A stretch of DNA of 64,000 nucleotides from Paramoeba atlantica (taxonomy: Eukaryota > Protista > Discosea), in assembly GCA_977017575.1 (NCBI GenBank), contig CDRNVI010000041.1, positions 409,898 to 473,897 on the forward strand, read 5' to 3'. Both the position numbers and the translations under genes were made by a program. The notes under the pieces are model-generated. The model was given only the letters and a program-made list of their open reading frames with translations. It ran no database searches and was not told the origin of the DNA. Shown here in pieces: positions 32,200 to 44,300 of this stretch (position 1 is the first letter of the stretch; each line of letters starts with the position of its first letter).

Positions 32200-35100
32200 A
32201 AAAGAAATCAACAAGGTACAGAAACTGTATCTTTAACGATAAAGATACAGTTTCTGTACCTTGTTGATTTCTTTTCCCTTTATATCATCCTTACGCCCTA
32301 TGGTGACAACCCGGTCCAAAGCTAAGCAGGGTACCGACTTCCAGCACGAAGCTAGCGCGCACAAGCTTGGCTCTTGGGATCAATTTGAAGCCAATAAAGA
32401 TCTAGTCGAAGGGGTGAGTACATTCGAGGAGAGTCTTTATACCACGCCACTTCCACCTGATCCCTCATCTGAATTATTGGAGCGCGCTGACAAGATTGCC
32501 TGCGACATTAAGAACTCCACAGAAGGCGAAACGCCAGACACAGGACACCAGAATGCTACCACCGAAGAAGAACTGTTCTCCAGTGCCCGCCCGACGGAAA
32601 GCCTCGAGTTCCAATTCGAAGGAGCCAATTCCTCTTCACTCAGCCAATTAAAGTCCTCTAGAAAGGCTGTGAAGGAGAAGTACGAGCGCCATAACCGCAG
32701 GGTAGGCTGTGCCGAATATGACTATGCTGATAACAGGCTAGTTTTTCCCGATCTCACGCCTCCTGATCTTCGCTTCTCAGTAAAGGGTAGCAGTAAAGGC
32801 CGTAAAAAGAAGAAACGCCCGAAGGGCATCAATCTTTCTCAGCTGGGTGCAGTGTCCGGGGCCGACAGCGAGGAACGCGACAATATAGAGTCCAGCGCGA
32901 ATTCACCCGGGCCACGCACTCATGCCACCGGAGTCATGGACAGCCCGTCTATCAAATTGTCCCAAAAGGAACAGAACACTAACACCCCCACGGGTAAGCG
33001 TAAACGTCACGTGCAGGTGTCGAAACCAGGGCCACGCGATTCCTCAGATACCGAAAGGCTCAATCAACCCCCCAATACCACTCCAGAAAAGCCACCTACA
33101 GTCAATGGAAACACGCGGAAATGTCCTTCTCAGGGATGTGCATGGCAAACTGTGCCTCACGGGGGCCAATGGCAATCCTTTTATAACCACGTATCCCACA
33201 GACACGGGGACGAGGTGCCTGATACCTGGTGGAACGAGGAGGGACGTTTCCGATGCAGGGATTGCAACAGGCACTACAACCTAAGCAAACAGGTCACCCA
33301 TGCCGAAAACTGCGCTTTCCGCTGCTCTTCTCCCCCACCTATCTCCGAACCTACACAGACAGGGGGCGACCCGAGGGACAACCCTGCATTTTTTGCCGCA
33401 CAAGCCGTCGCCGAACCCCTTCCCTCCCTGGCGTCAATCTGTTCGACACCTCTCAACACATGCAAAGACATTCCCAACAGCTGTCGCCAGGGGTGGGCGA
33501 AAGTCTTCTGTGATTGTCTCTCTTCCGCTGTACGAGACAATACAGTTGAGGCCTGGACTCTTCTCGCCATGCTACCGAAATGCGTACTACCGGCACCTCA
33601 TCGTGGGGGGAGCAGGGCAAAACTATCGTACGCCTCGCACGTTCGGAAGTGTCTCGCCCGGTGGTCACGGAAAGAATTTCTCCCCCTTTGGAACGAAACA
33701 ATTGCGAGCCTACAACACAAAAAACGCGTCGCACAAGCACAGAGTCCGGAGGACGAGATATCCAAATCTGCTATGCGAGCTGAAAGACTCGTTCGCGACT
33801 CGGAACTATCTCGAGCCATGGCTGCCCTAACCTCTGAACCAGTAGCCCCGGATGACGATGATACTTACACTAAACTCCAAGCTAAGCATCCATCCCGACT
33901 CGCTACGTCGGTGAAACCCCTCAGTTCATCGACGGAAATGGGACCAAAACCACTTCGAGCCACAGAGGAAGACGTAACGCAGGCTCTTGCAACTTTTCAC
34001 CGGGGGTCATCGGGTGGCGCTTTTGGGCTACGCCCTGAACACGTACAAGTGGCACTAGAGTACCACCATGACGGCCGTACGGATCCATTGGGTACACTGA
34101 CCGACTTTACGAACCACATGCTCGCGGGGCAAGTGCCGCTCGAAGTTCAGTGCTATTTCGCTGGAGGCCGCTTATGCGCGTTAAAGAAAGGGGAGCGCGA
34201 CGTGCGGCCAATAGCGGCCGGAGAGACGCTCCGTCGCCTGGTGAGCAAAGTCGCCTGTCTCTCCGCCAAAACAACAGCTCGTAAGCTCTTCAAAGGACAC
34301 CAATACGGTGTGGCCACTCCAGCAGGGTCTGAGCGCGTCATCCATCGATGCAGACAGACATTCGATTCTCACGTTGACGACAATGACTTCATTCTATGCA
34401 AAATTGACCTGAAAAACGCATTTAACCATGTCTCACGGGACTGGATCATTGCCCTTACTCGCGAACACTTTCCCGCTCTCAGTCACTACGTAGATTGGTG
34501 TTACTCTTCGGACAGCCTACTTACTTTCGGAACACGCACCATTCCGTCTTCTGAAGGAGTGCAACAAGGCGACCCCTTAGGTCCTCTCCTTTTTTCCCTG
34601 GTCCTGAGAGAAGTAGCGGCGGAAATTCACGCGGTAGCCCCAATGCTCGATTTGAATCTGTGGTATCTGGACGACGGGGTGCTGGCTGGATCATCTGCTG
34701 ATGTGCGGCACGCATTCGACGTGCTGGAAACCAAAGGACCACAACGGGGACTCCATATCAACGCCGCTAAATGTGAACTCGCCTTACACCCCTCATCATC
34801 CCCTCGCGCCTCCGTTTTCCCTGACATCCCTGGCCCGAATAAAAATTTAGAGGGTAATTTCAACATTTTAGGTAGCCCAGTCGAATCCACTGAATACTGT
34901 CATAAATTCCATTTGGACAATGCCTTCGAACTGGCCCAAGATTCCCTAACCGCTATAACTTTGCTCGAGGATCCCCAGATCGCTCTCTCCCTCATCCGGC
35001 ATTGTACAGGCTTCTGCAAGATGGTCTACTCTCTCCGTACCACCCCGACATCTGCACTGCAAGATATATGTCGACGCCTGGACGACACTGTTCAGTCCAC

Positions 35101-36870
35101 TGTCGAAAACTTTTTCCACCCACTTGGCGATGACGCCCGGAGACAGACACAACGAGACAAGCGCTTCGGAGGGCTAGGGCTCCGTTCAGCAGAGGAACAT
35201 TCCTCTTCTGCTTACGTGGCCTCCGTGGCATTCGCATCAAGGAAGGATGGCTGGGCCCCCACCGAAGCAAAAGGTTTCGAAGAAGCAGTGAGCGATGTCA
35301 ACAATCGCGCTGGACTGAATCTGGTAGACGGCGAAAATGGCACAATACCCAAGAGCATGGTTGTGTCAGATCGTTCCCTCTTTAGTACTATCGAAGCGAG
35401 CGAATCTAGAAATGAAGCGGTAGTTCCCAGACAACGGGATCTCAGTCACTCGATCTCTTCCCAGGAATACAACAACGCGCTTAATACCGCTGACCCGCGG
35501 ACGAGGGCCCGATGGATCTCTGAAACGGGGGAAGGAGCGTCGGAGTGGGCATTTGTTTTGCCTTCCAAGAAGAACGGTCACGCATATACCCCGACAGAGT
35601 TCCGGATGCTGGTACGCTGGTGGCTTGGGGAGAACATATACCCCGGCACCCGACCTTGCCCCATGGACAAATGCACGCAGCCGCTTGGTCCAGAGGGGGA
35701 TCACGCGATGTCGTGCAAAAGCGGGCATGGTATCATTTCCCGACACAATGCTCTGGCAACACAGTTTGCGGCGGAGTGTTCCAAGGCCGGGCTCGCCCCC
35801 AAACGAGAGGTCAGCCTGGGAAACAAGGGTCCGGGGGGCACCCTCACTAGGCCTGCAGATGTCTTTATAGACAGCCACCTCGGTCGGTCCCTTGTACTCG
35901 ACTTCGCTGTCACCCATGTCCAGCAACAAAAGTATACGGACACAGTCCGTGACGCTAACTGGGTGACGGCGGGGTCGTTCGCGGAACAATATGCCACCGT
36001 GAACAAGAGCATGCAACGCGCAGAGGCGACTGCAGCACACTTTAAGTTCGGAGCCATGGTCGTAGAATCCTACGGCTCGTGGTGTCCCAGCGCAATGTCT
36101 GTTCTCCGAGAGGTCGCAGTAGCTAGGGCGGCTAAATCGGGCAGTGACGTATCGAAGGGGGCGGCCTTACATCAGATTCTCACAGCTCTGAATGTAACAC
36201 TGATGAGGTCGCAGGCCCGAATGCTAGTCTTGCGATTACCCGCAACGGGCCCCGACCTGGCTCTCCTGGGGTACGGGAAGGAAGAGTAGCAAAGCGGCCA
36301 AGAGGTGGAAAACCTCGTGGGCAAGGGTGGGGCGGTAAGTGTCGTGGTTGCTTTGTTTGGTTCCTGGTTCTGCAGGGGGGTTGTGGCCAGCGTCGGACGG
36401 TCCTGCGGGCAATAAGGTCCGGGGTAGTGAGAGAGGTGGCAGGTTGAGGTTTGCTCGTTTCGGGTTTGCTTGGTTTGGGTTTGCTCGGTTTGGTTGGGCT
36501 TTACATACATTTGCTAGTTTTGGGCTCACCAAAAAAAAAAAAGAAAAAGACATTTTATGTATAAAATGGTTTTCTATAGACGCAAATTAAGAAAATTTCA
36601 TGTTGGAGTTTCTTGAACACACAACATTCTATAAATTGAATCAAAAAAAAAAAAACAAAACTGAGATAAAATTGCTAATTTGATTGCTTGTTTTCAACTC
36701 GTTTCCCCCCCCCCCCCCAATGGACCTACTTGGTTCGTCTACTGGGTCAAAATATAGAGGCAATGCCGCGACTCATACTTCTCCCCCCTCATTAATTGCA
36801 AAAAAAAAAAAGAAGAAAGAAAGGAAAAAAAACAAAGACAAAAAAACAAAGACAAAAACACAAAAAAAAT
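32200..36870 (+). mobile_element. Full-length CRE-clade non-LTR retrotransposon A (SL-capped, LsmAD-ZnF-RT-RLE)
   Basis: SL at 32235-32266, intact ORF, 3' UTR and poly(A). Confidence 0.9.
32300..36289 (+). CDS. Polyprotein: LsmAD-like domain, C2H2/C2HC zinc fingers, RT, CCHC motif, restriction-like endonuclease
   Basis: WDQFEAN...STFEESLYTT; CPSQGC..HVSHRH; QQGDPLGPLLF, WYLDDG; CPMDKC..DHAMSC, RHN, RPADV, LDFAVTH. Confidence 0.9.
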   Translation: MVTTRSKAKQGTDFQHEASAHKLGSWDQFEANKDLVEGVSTFEESLYTTPLPPDPSSELLERADKIACDIKNSTEGETPDTGHQNATTEEELFSSARPTESLEFQFEGANSSSLSQLKSSRKAVKEKYERHNRRVGCAEYDYADNRLVFPDLTPPDLRFSVKGSSKGRKKKKRPKGINLSQLGAVSGADSEERDNIESSANSPGPRTHATGVMDSPSIKLSQKEQNTNTPTGKRKRHVQVSKPGPRDSSDTERLNQPPNTTPEKPPTVNGNTRKCPSQGCAWQTVPHGGQWQSFYNHVSHRHGDEVPDTWWNEEGRFRCRDCNRHYNLSKQVTHAENCAFRCSSPPPISEPTQTGGDPRDNPAFFAAQAVAEPLPSLASICSTPLNTCKDIPNSCRQGWAKVFCDCLSSAVRDNTVEAWTLLAMLPKCVLPAPHRGGSRAKLSYASHVRKCLARWSRKEFLPLWNETIASLQHKKRVAQAQSPEDEISKSAMRAERLVRDSELSRAMAALTSEPVAPDDDDTYTKLQAKHPSRLATSVKPLSSSTEMGPKPLRATEEDVTQALATFHRGSSGGAFGLRPEHVQVALEYHHDGRTDPLGTLTDFTNHMLAGQVPLEVQCYFAGGRLCALKKGERDVRPIAAGETLRRLVSKVACLSAKTTARKLFKGHQYGVATPAGSERVIHRCRQTFDSHVDDNDFILCKIDLKNAFNHVSRDWIIALTREHFPALSHYVDWCYSSDSLLTFGTRTIPSSEGVQQGDPLGPLLFSLVLREVAAEIHAVAPMLDLNLWYLDDGVLAGSSADVRHAFDVLETKGPQRGLHINAAKCELALHPSSSPRASVFPDIPGPNKNLEGNFNILGSPVESTEYCHKFHLDNAFELAQDSLTAITLLEDPQIALSLIRHCTGFCKMVYSLRTTPTSALQDICRRLDDTVQSTVENFFHPLGDDARRQTQRDKRFGGLGLRSAEEHSSSAYVASVAFASRKDGWAPTEAKGFEEAVSDVNNRAGLNLVDGENGTIPKSMVVSDRSLFSTIEASESRNEAVVPRQRDLSHSISSQEYNNALNTADPRTRARWISETGEGASEWAFVLPSKKNGHAYTPTEFRMLVRWWLGENIYPGTRPCPMDKCTQPLGPEGDHAMSCKSGHGIISRHNALATQFAAECSKAGLAPKREVSLGNKGPGGTLTRPADVFIDSHLGRSLVLDFAVTHVQQQKYTDTVRDANWVTAGSFAEQYATVNKSMQRAEATAAHFKFGAMVVESYGSWCPSAMSVLREVAVARAAKSGSDVSKGAALHQILTALNVTLMRSQARMLVLRLPATGPDLALLGYGKEE

Positions 36871-36873
36871 AAA

Positions 36874-39800
36874 ATCTTTAACGATAAAGATACAGTTTCT
36901 GTACCTTGTTGAATTATTTTCTTTTCTTTATCTCACTCTTACGCCCCATGGTTGTTTTAACTCGACCTAAGGCGAAGCAGGTCTCGAACTTCGAGCGCGA
37001 GGTGAAAGCACACACACTCGGCTGCTGGGACCAATTCGACGCAAACAAGGACCTTGTTGAAGGCAAGAGTACGTACCATGTAGACTTATACACTACGCCC
37101 CTCCCACCTAATCCTTCAGCTGAATCTTTACGGCGAGCGGACGAGATTGCACTCAGCATTACGAACTCTGTGGAAGGTGAGACACCAGATACAGGGCAAC
37201 AGCAGACAAGCACGGAAGAGGAACTTTTCTCCAGTGTCCGTCCAACTGAGGACTTCGAATTCCAGTTTGCGGGAGCAGAATCTTCTTCACTCAGCCTATC
37301 AAAAACCACAAATAAGGCTGTGAAGGAGAGGTGCGAACGACATATCCGGAGGTCATACGACAACGAATATAATTACGAAAAAGATGAATTGCTCTTCCCC
37401 GATCTAACTCCTGAAGACCTTACTGTGTCTGTGAATGGATGCGGAAAAGGACGGAAAAAGAAGAAGCGACCCAAGAGCATCTCCCTTTCCCAATTGTGTG
37501 CTGAGTCCGGGGCCGACAGCGACGACCGTGACACCGCACAATCAAGTTCCAACTCCCCTAGGCCATACACTCCTGAGGCTGAAAGTGACAGCAATCTGTC
37601 TGCGGCATCATCTCCGAAAAAAACGGACACAAAACCCCATGCGGACACTTCAGTAAGTCTCAAGCGACACCGACGCCCATTAACCTCCAGAAACGCCGAG
37701 TCATCTAAAAGCACGCCCGCCCCCATTATTAGCACACCAAGTCGGCCCAGGAAATGCCCCTTGGATTCATGTACCTGGGAAACAGGGCCGCACGGCGACC
37801 AATGGTAAGCCTTTTACAACCACGTGGCTAACAGACATGGGGAAGAAGTGGCGGAATCATGGTGGACAGAGGAGGGAAGATTCCTATGCCCGGGTTGCAA
37901 AAAGCACTACTCCATGCGCAAGCAAGCAACACACAAGATGCACTGCAGGTTTCGCACGCCGTCACCCAAACCTTCGCATGGTTCCTCCGCTGGCTCCAAA
38001 GATTACCCCGTCCCGCCCCCAAATTCCGTTACTGAGCACCACCCTGAGCAGCAGCTTAGCGAGAACACTATGCAAGGCGCCCCAACAGTGGAAGATCTGC
38101 CGTCCCTATCATCAGTATGCGCCTTGTCCGTCAATACCTGCAAAAATATCCCAAACAGCTGTAAGCCTGAATGGGCGAAAACACTTACCGAATGCATGGC
38201 GGCGGCCGTACGTGACAACACCATCGAGGCTTGGACCCTGCTGGCTATGTTACCTAAATGTGTAATTCCAGCACCACGACGCGGCGGGGACAAGGGTAAA
38301 GCCTCATACGCCTCCCACGTCCGCAAATGCCTTTCCAGATGGAAGAACAAGGAATTTCTACCACTTTGGAACGAGGCGTTGTCAAGCCTGAAGCGTAAGC
38401 GGAAAAGTTCTCCACAGGCTCAGAGCATTGAAGAGGAGGATCAGAAAGCTGCTCTCCGAGCAGTACGCCTCGTGCGAGATGGTGAACTTTCCCGCGCAAT
38501 GACTGCGTTGACATCCGAACCACTTGCCCCAAACGATGACACGACTTATCAAAAGCTCCAGGCGAAACACCCGTATCGACTTCTGGGTCCAAGTCCGATT
38601 ACCACGCCTTCTTTGGATATTAAACCGATCACCGCAACCGAAGAGGACATCATTACGGCGCTTTCCAGCTTTCACCGAGGTTCCTCAGGGGGAGCTCTCG
38701 GACTTCGGCCTGAGCACCTACAAGTAGCAGTGCAATTCCATCACGACGCCAGGACAGATCCGCTCGGTACGCTCACGAAACTTATTAGTCATATGCTAGC
38801 GGGCAAAGTACCACTTGAAGTCCAACACTGCCTCGCCGGCGGACGCTTATGTGCTTTACACAAGGGTCAGGGTGATGTCCGCCCCATTGCCGCAGGGGAA
38901 ACCTTCCGCCGACTAGCGAGCAAGATAGGATGTCTGTCTGCAAAGGCTAAATCCAGAACGCTCTTCAAAGATCAACAATATGGAGTGGCGACGCCCGCAG
39001 GAGCCGAACGTGTTATCCACATTTGCAGGCGCCTGGTTGCGCACCACATCAATAACGAGGATTTTGTGCTATGCAAGGTTGACCTTCGCAACGCTTTCAA
39101 TCACATTTCAAGAAATAGCTTTATGGCCTTGACACGGCATCATTTCCCTGAGTTGAGCCCGTTCGTGGAATGGTGCTACAGTTCGGCCAGTAACCTGACA
39201 TTCGGCGCACGTGTAGTTCAATCCTCTGAAGGCGTACAACAAGGAGACCCGCTCGGACCCCTTTTGTTCTCGCTCGTCATGAGAGAAATGGCCGCAGAAA
39301 TTAAGACCGGAGCTCCTGATCTTCATCTCAATCTCTGGTACCTTGATGATGGCGTCCTTGCAGGCCAGGCTTCTGATGTACGTCACGCACTAGATATCAT
39401 CGAAATTGGAGGGCCAAAGTGGGGTCTGAACCTCAATCCGTCCAAGTGCGAAATAATCACACACCCTTCCTCATCTCATCAAACTACCCACTTTCCTGAC
39501 ATTCCCGGGCTCAACATCAACATGGAGGGTAATCTGAGCATCTTGGGAAGCCCCATCGGATCTACGACGTACAGCCGTCAGTTCCTCCTCGACAGCGCGA
39601 TTTCCCAGGCGGAGGAATCCCTTGAAGCGATCGAGAAACTGGAGGACCCTCAGGTCGCTTTCTCTCTCATCCGACAGTGCACAGGGTTTTGCCAGATGGT
39701 TTACTCCCTTCGCACGACGCCGACGGACGAACTACTGGACTTATGTCGCAGACTCGACAACGCCGTTCAGCGTACGGTTGAAACGTTTTGTCGCCCACTG

Positions 39801-41389
39801 AGTGACATGGCTCGACGACAAGCACAAAGAAATAAACAGTTCGGCGGTCTCGGCCTTCGCTCAGCGGAAATGCACGCCACCTCAGCGTACGTAGCTTCAG
39901 TAGCTTTCGCTTCCGACAAGGATCGATGGGATGCAAATGAGGCTGAGGGCTTTTCTTACGCCGTGGAGGACATTAACCGGCGTGTAGGGGGGTGTATGGT
40001 GGACAAATCTACCGGGAAAATCCACAAGGACTCCGTCATAAAGAGATGCCCCTTCTCGCCCTCCCCCGATATTGACCTTTCTCAAGATTTGGCGATTCCT
40101 CGACAACGCGATCTCAGTCATGCGATTTCAGCGAGAGACTTTGAGGAAGATTACGCAAGAGCGGATCCCCGCACTCGGGCTAGGTGGCTCTCACAAACGG
40201 GCGACGGGGCATCCAACTGGGCCTTCACGGTTCCCTCGACTCTCTGCGGTCATGCCTACACCCCTACTGAATTTCGGACTCTGATTCGTTGGTGGCTCGG
40301 GGAGAGTATATACCCTCAAGGTCACAACTGCCCGATTCCGAATTGTCGCCTCCCACTCGGCCCTGGGGGGGACCATGCGCTAGCCTGCAAGTGCGGCCAC
40401 GGAATCATTACAAGGCACAACGCCCTAGCGGAACAGTTCTCCGCTGAATGCAGCAAGGCCGGGTTGAGCCCACAGAGAGAAGTCTCTCTGGGAAACAGGG
40501 GTCCGGGCGGCGCCCTCACGCGACCCGCAGATGTCTATGTCCGGAACGGTGGTCTCGGTCAGGCCCTCGTCCTTGATTTCGCTGTCACACATGTTCAGCA
40601 ACAAAAGTATACGGACCTGGTCCGTGATGCTAACATGGTGGCAGCCGGGTCATTCGCCGAGAGGTACGCCGTCGAACACAAGCGGAAGCAACGGGAGGAA
40701 GCTGAAGAAGCGAAGATCAAGTTCACAGCTATGGCTGTCGAAACATACGGATGCTGGAGTCCGGCCGCTATGTCGGTCTTGCGGGAAGTCTCGAAAGGCC
40801 AAGCTGCGACCTCAGGTGGAACACTTTCGCAAGGGGGGGCGTTACAGCAAATACTAACAAGTCTGAACGTCACCCTCATGCGCTCCCAGGCGCGTATGCT
40901 CGTTCTTCGCCTCCCCTCGGCGAACACAGGCCCTGTACTTGTGGGGTATGGCAAAGAAGAGTAAGGAAAACTTCTGGCCTGGATGTTGGTCGAGTCGACA
41001 GAGTCTATGCTCACGCCTAGCCCGCGAGGGCTAGGTACCCCAAGTGAGGTAGTACACGGGAAGTGAATCTCCTCCCCGTCGGCCAGCATCCTGTTTCGCG
41101 ACCGTGTCGCTGTCGACACAGGCCCGCGCCTGCGCCCTCCCATATAGCAAGGGAAGGGTTCACAAGTCAGGCCGTGGAGAGGTCGAAAGACCCGGTCCGG
41201 AACGCGCGAATGGATTGGGCGTGGATTGCTTGTTTTAGTTTTTACTGTTTCTTGTTTGTAGTATATACTTAGGGGAGATTAAATTGCTAGTTTTGGGCTG
41301 AGAAAAAACAAAAGGTACATCTGTGGAAACAAAAAGATTTGCTAATTTGATTGCTTGTTTTCAACTCGTAAAAAAAAAAAAAAAAAAAA
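36874..41389 (+). mobile_element. Full-length CRE-clade element B (SL-capped)
   Basis: SL at 36880-36911; same domain order as A; poly(A) at 41370-41389. Confidence 0.9.
36948..40964 (+). pseudogene. LsmAD-ZnF-RT-RLE polyprotein with one in-frame TAA (37806-37808)
   Basis: ORFs 36906-37808 and 37824-40964 share a frame; QW*AFYNH aligns with QWQSFYNH (A) and KWQAFYHH (C). Confidence 0.85.
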
Positions 41390-44300
41390 AACGATAAAGA
41401 TACAGTTTCTGTACCTTGTTGAATTAATTTTTCTTTCTCTTTATTGCTTACTAGGGTCGCACCATGCCGCCCGATGATTCCTTTGATGCCAACGCGTTAC
41501 CAATGGATGATGACTCTTTTCGCCAGGAACAAATGTCACACAAACCCGGAGATTGGGACCAATTCGCAGGAAACGCTCACCTGATTTCCGGCCAAAGCAC
41601 CTACAATGAACTTTTGTATACGACACCTATCCCCGAAAACGTACCTAAACACTGGACCGAAAGAGCCTACAAGATCGCGGCAGAGGAACCTACACCGGAC
41701 ACAGGCAGAATGACCGCGGACGAAGAGACAAATCACTCCCTTGTCGTGGCAAACAACGTGGGAATTACTTCGGAGGCCTCATCCGCCCACATTTTCTCTC
41801 CAACTAAGGCTACAAAGCGCAAGAATACTGATTCTGCCCCTACCACATACCACAACGCCAATACGCAGCAGAAGGATGTAGAACGTCAATGCCCAGCAGA
41901 AGGATGTACGTGGAAAACCCCACCACATAGCGGAAAATGGCAGGCATTTTATCACCATGTAGCTCATCGACACGGCAAAAACATTCCAAACGAGTGGTGG
42001 GAGGGAGAGGGAAGATTCCTCTGCAGAGATTGTGGCAGACACTACGCCAAGAACAAGCTCAAGTCTCACCCCAAAAACTGCAGGGGCCGCAACAATTCCG
42101 GACGGTCATTAGCCCCACCAACGGCACGTCCCCAAAACGCAGAAGAAAATCCAACAGACAATTTGCCATCACTCGGCTCCATCTGCGCACTTCCCATGAG
42201 TACCTGCAAAGACGTTCCACACTGTTGCAGATTCCTCTGGGCGAGCATCCTCACGCAATCCTTGACATCCGCAGTGAAGGAAAACACGGTAGAGGCATGG
42301 ACACTTCTCGCAATGCTCCCTAAGTGTGTCCTACCAGCACCTTTCCGAGGCGGTCGCAAAGGCCACACATCATACTCTACGTACGTCGAAAACCGCATGA
42401 AACTGTGGCTAGCGGGGGAGTACCTCTTGCTATGGGAAGATGCCCAGAGGGATCATTATAAAAAGCGCTCCAGATCACGCGACTCCGAAATCGATGCAGA
42501 CAGAGCGGCAATTCGAGCCGAACTCTTGGCCCGCCAGGGGGAATTTTCCAGGGGAATGGCAGCCCTAACCGCAGCCCCCATGGCGCCAGACAATGCAGAT
42601 ACCCTCGAAAAGCTCTTGGAGAAGCATCCAGACCCACACGAAAATCCCTTGCAGAATGATCTACCACCGATCGAGGGCAACCCCCTACACCTAGAGGAAA
42701 CAGAGGTCAAAAAAGCGATCGTCAGCTTCCGCAGGGGATCTTCAGCCGGCACGATGGGCCTTCGTCCAGAGCACCTCCAGGCAGCCATCTTGGAACATGT
42801 GGACAAGGATGTGAATCCTCTCTCGGCCCTCACGCGACTAGTGAACCACATGCTTCAAGGAAAAGCGCCACAAGACGTCCAATCATTCTACGCTGGAGCC
42901 CGGCTCTGCGCCCTGGAAAAAGGCGAGGACGATGTTCGACCAATCGCAGCGGGTGAAACCCTTAGACGCCTCGTAAGCAAGGCGGCATGTATCTCGATAA
43001 AGGAGAAAGCGGGTACTCTGTTCAACGGGCGACAATATGGTGTAGCAGCCCCCGCGGGAGCCGAACGAGTTATCCACCTCTGCCGGAGAGCCATGCTCAA
43101 TAACCTGGGGAGTGACAATTTTGTCTTCTGCAAAGTGGACTTAAGAAACGCTTTCAATAACGTCAGCAGGCCTGTTCTCACCCTAACCACGCGCTTAAAT
43201 TTCCCCGAACTCTCACCTTGGGTAGAGTGGTGTTACTCCAACGTGAGCTGTCTTACCTACAGAGACAATGTCATACCCTCGGCAGAGGGGGTACAACAAG
43301 GAGACCCACTAGGCCCTCTTCTCTTCTCTCTAGTACTATCCAGTGTAACAGAAGAAATATCGTCTCGGTCGAATCTAGACACTCAACTTTGGTACCTAGA
43401 TGACGGGGTACTCATAGGGGAGGCTGAGGAGGTCAGGAAGGCGCTCGATGTTTTTTCCAATGTTGGCTCCCGATGCGGACTTTTCCTAAACCCATCGAAA
43501 TGTGAGATAATAACACCGCCTGCTTCATCCCATCTCACAGGATTATTTCCAGAGATACCGAAGACTAAAACTCGTACTGATGGAAATTTCGACATCTTGG
43601 GCTCCCCGATTGGGTCAGCGGAGCATTGCGTGGAGTTTCTCAGGTCAGAAGCCATTGAGCCCGCACGCGAAACATTAGACGCAATAGGTTTCATAGGAGA
43701 CCCACAAGTAGCCATGTCCCTCATCCGGCAGTGCACTGGATTCTGTCAAATGGTCTACGCACTTCGCACGACACCCCCTCAGGCGCTTTCTGAGCTTTGT
43801 AATTCCCTTGATGAAAATGTTCTAAAAGCCGCGGAATGGGCACTTTTCCCTCTGGATTCCCACGCGCGTGACCAAATCCAACGTAAGAAGCGCAACGGGG
43901 GTTTTGGTCTCAGGTCTTCGCTCCTCCACGCAACAGCAGCATATGTCTCCTCCGTTGCGCACGCCGCCGATGCAGACGATTGGGACCCTTCAGAAGCCGA
44001 GGGATTCACCATTTCCGTGCAGGACGTGAATAGAAAGGCGGGGGTAGAACTTGTGGATCCCGGTACAGGACGCATCCCGAAACAGAATAAACCACATCCA
44101 GAGTCCAGCCAAAGACACAACCTCACCTCGAGAAGCAAACGCCCACGACACATACTCAACAACATGGACGCGGATAAGACGGCCGAGCCGGAAATGGTTA
44201 TACCCCGGCAGCAGCAACTGAGCCAAGCCATATCGCAGCAGGAATTCACTACAGCCTACGGCCAGGCCGACCCCCGCACCCGAGCACGATGGGTTTCACA

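Noticed and set aside
35366-36040. Antisense ORFs over RT genes (also 40595-41143, 53701-54291)
   Set aside because: Shadow ORFs of GC-rich coding sequence; not conserved between related elements
37806-37808. Reassigned stop codons (Blastocrithidia-type genetic code)
   Set aside because: All other long ORFs are free of internal stops and end in standard stops
41060-41220. HDV-like ribozyme suggested by GCGAATGG in the CRE 3' UTR
   Set aside because: Could not build P1/P3/L3 pairing; 3' location is atypical
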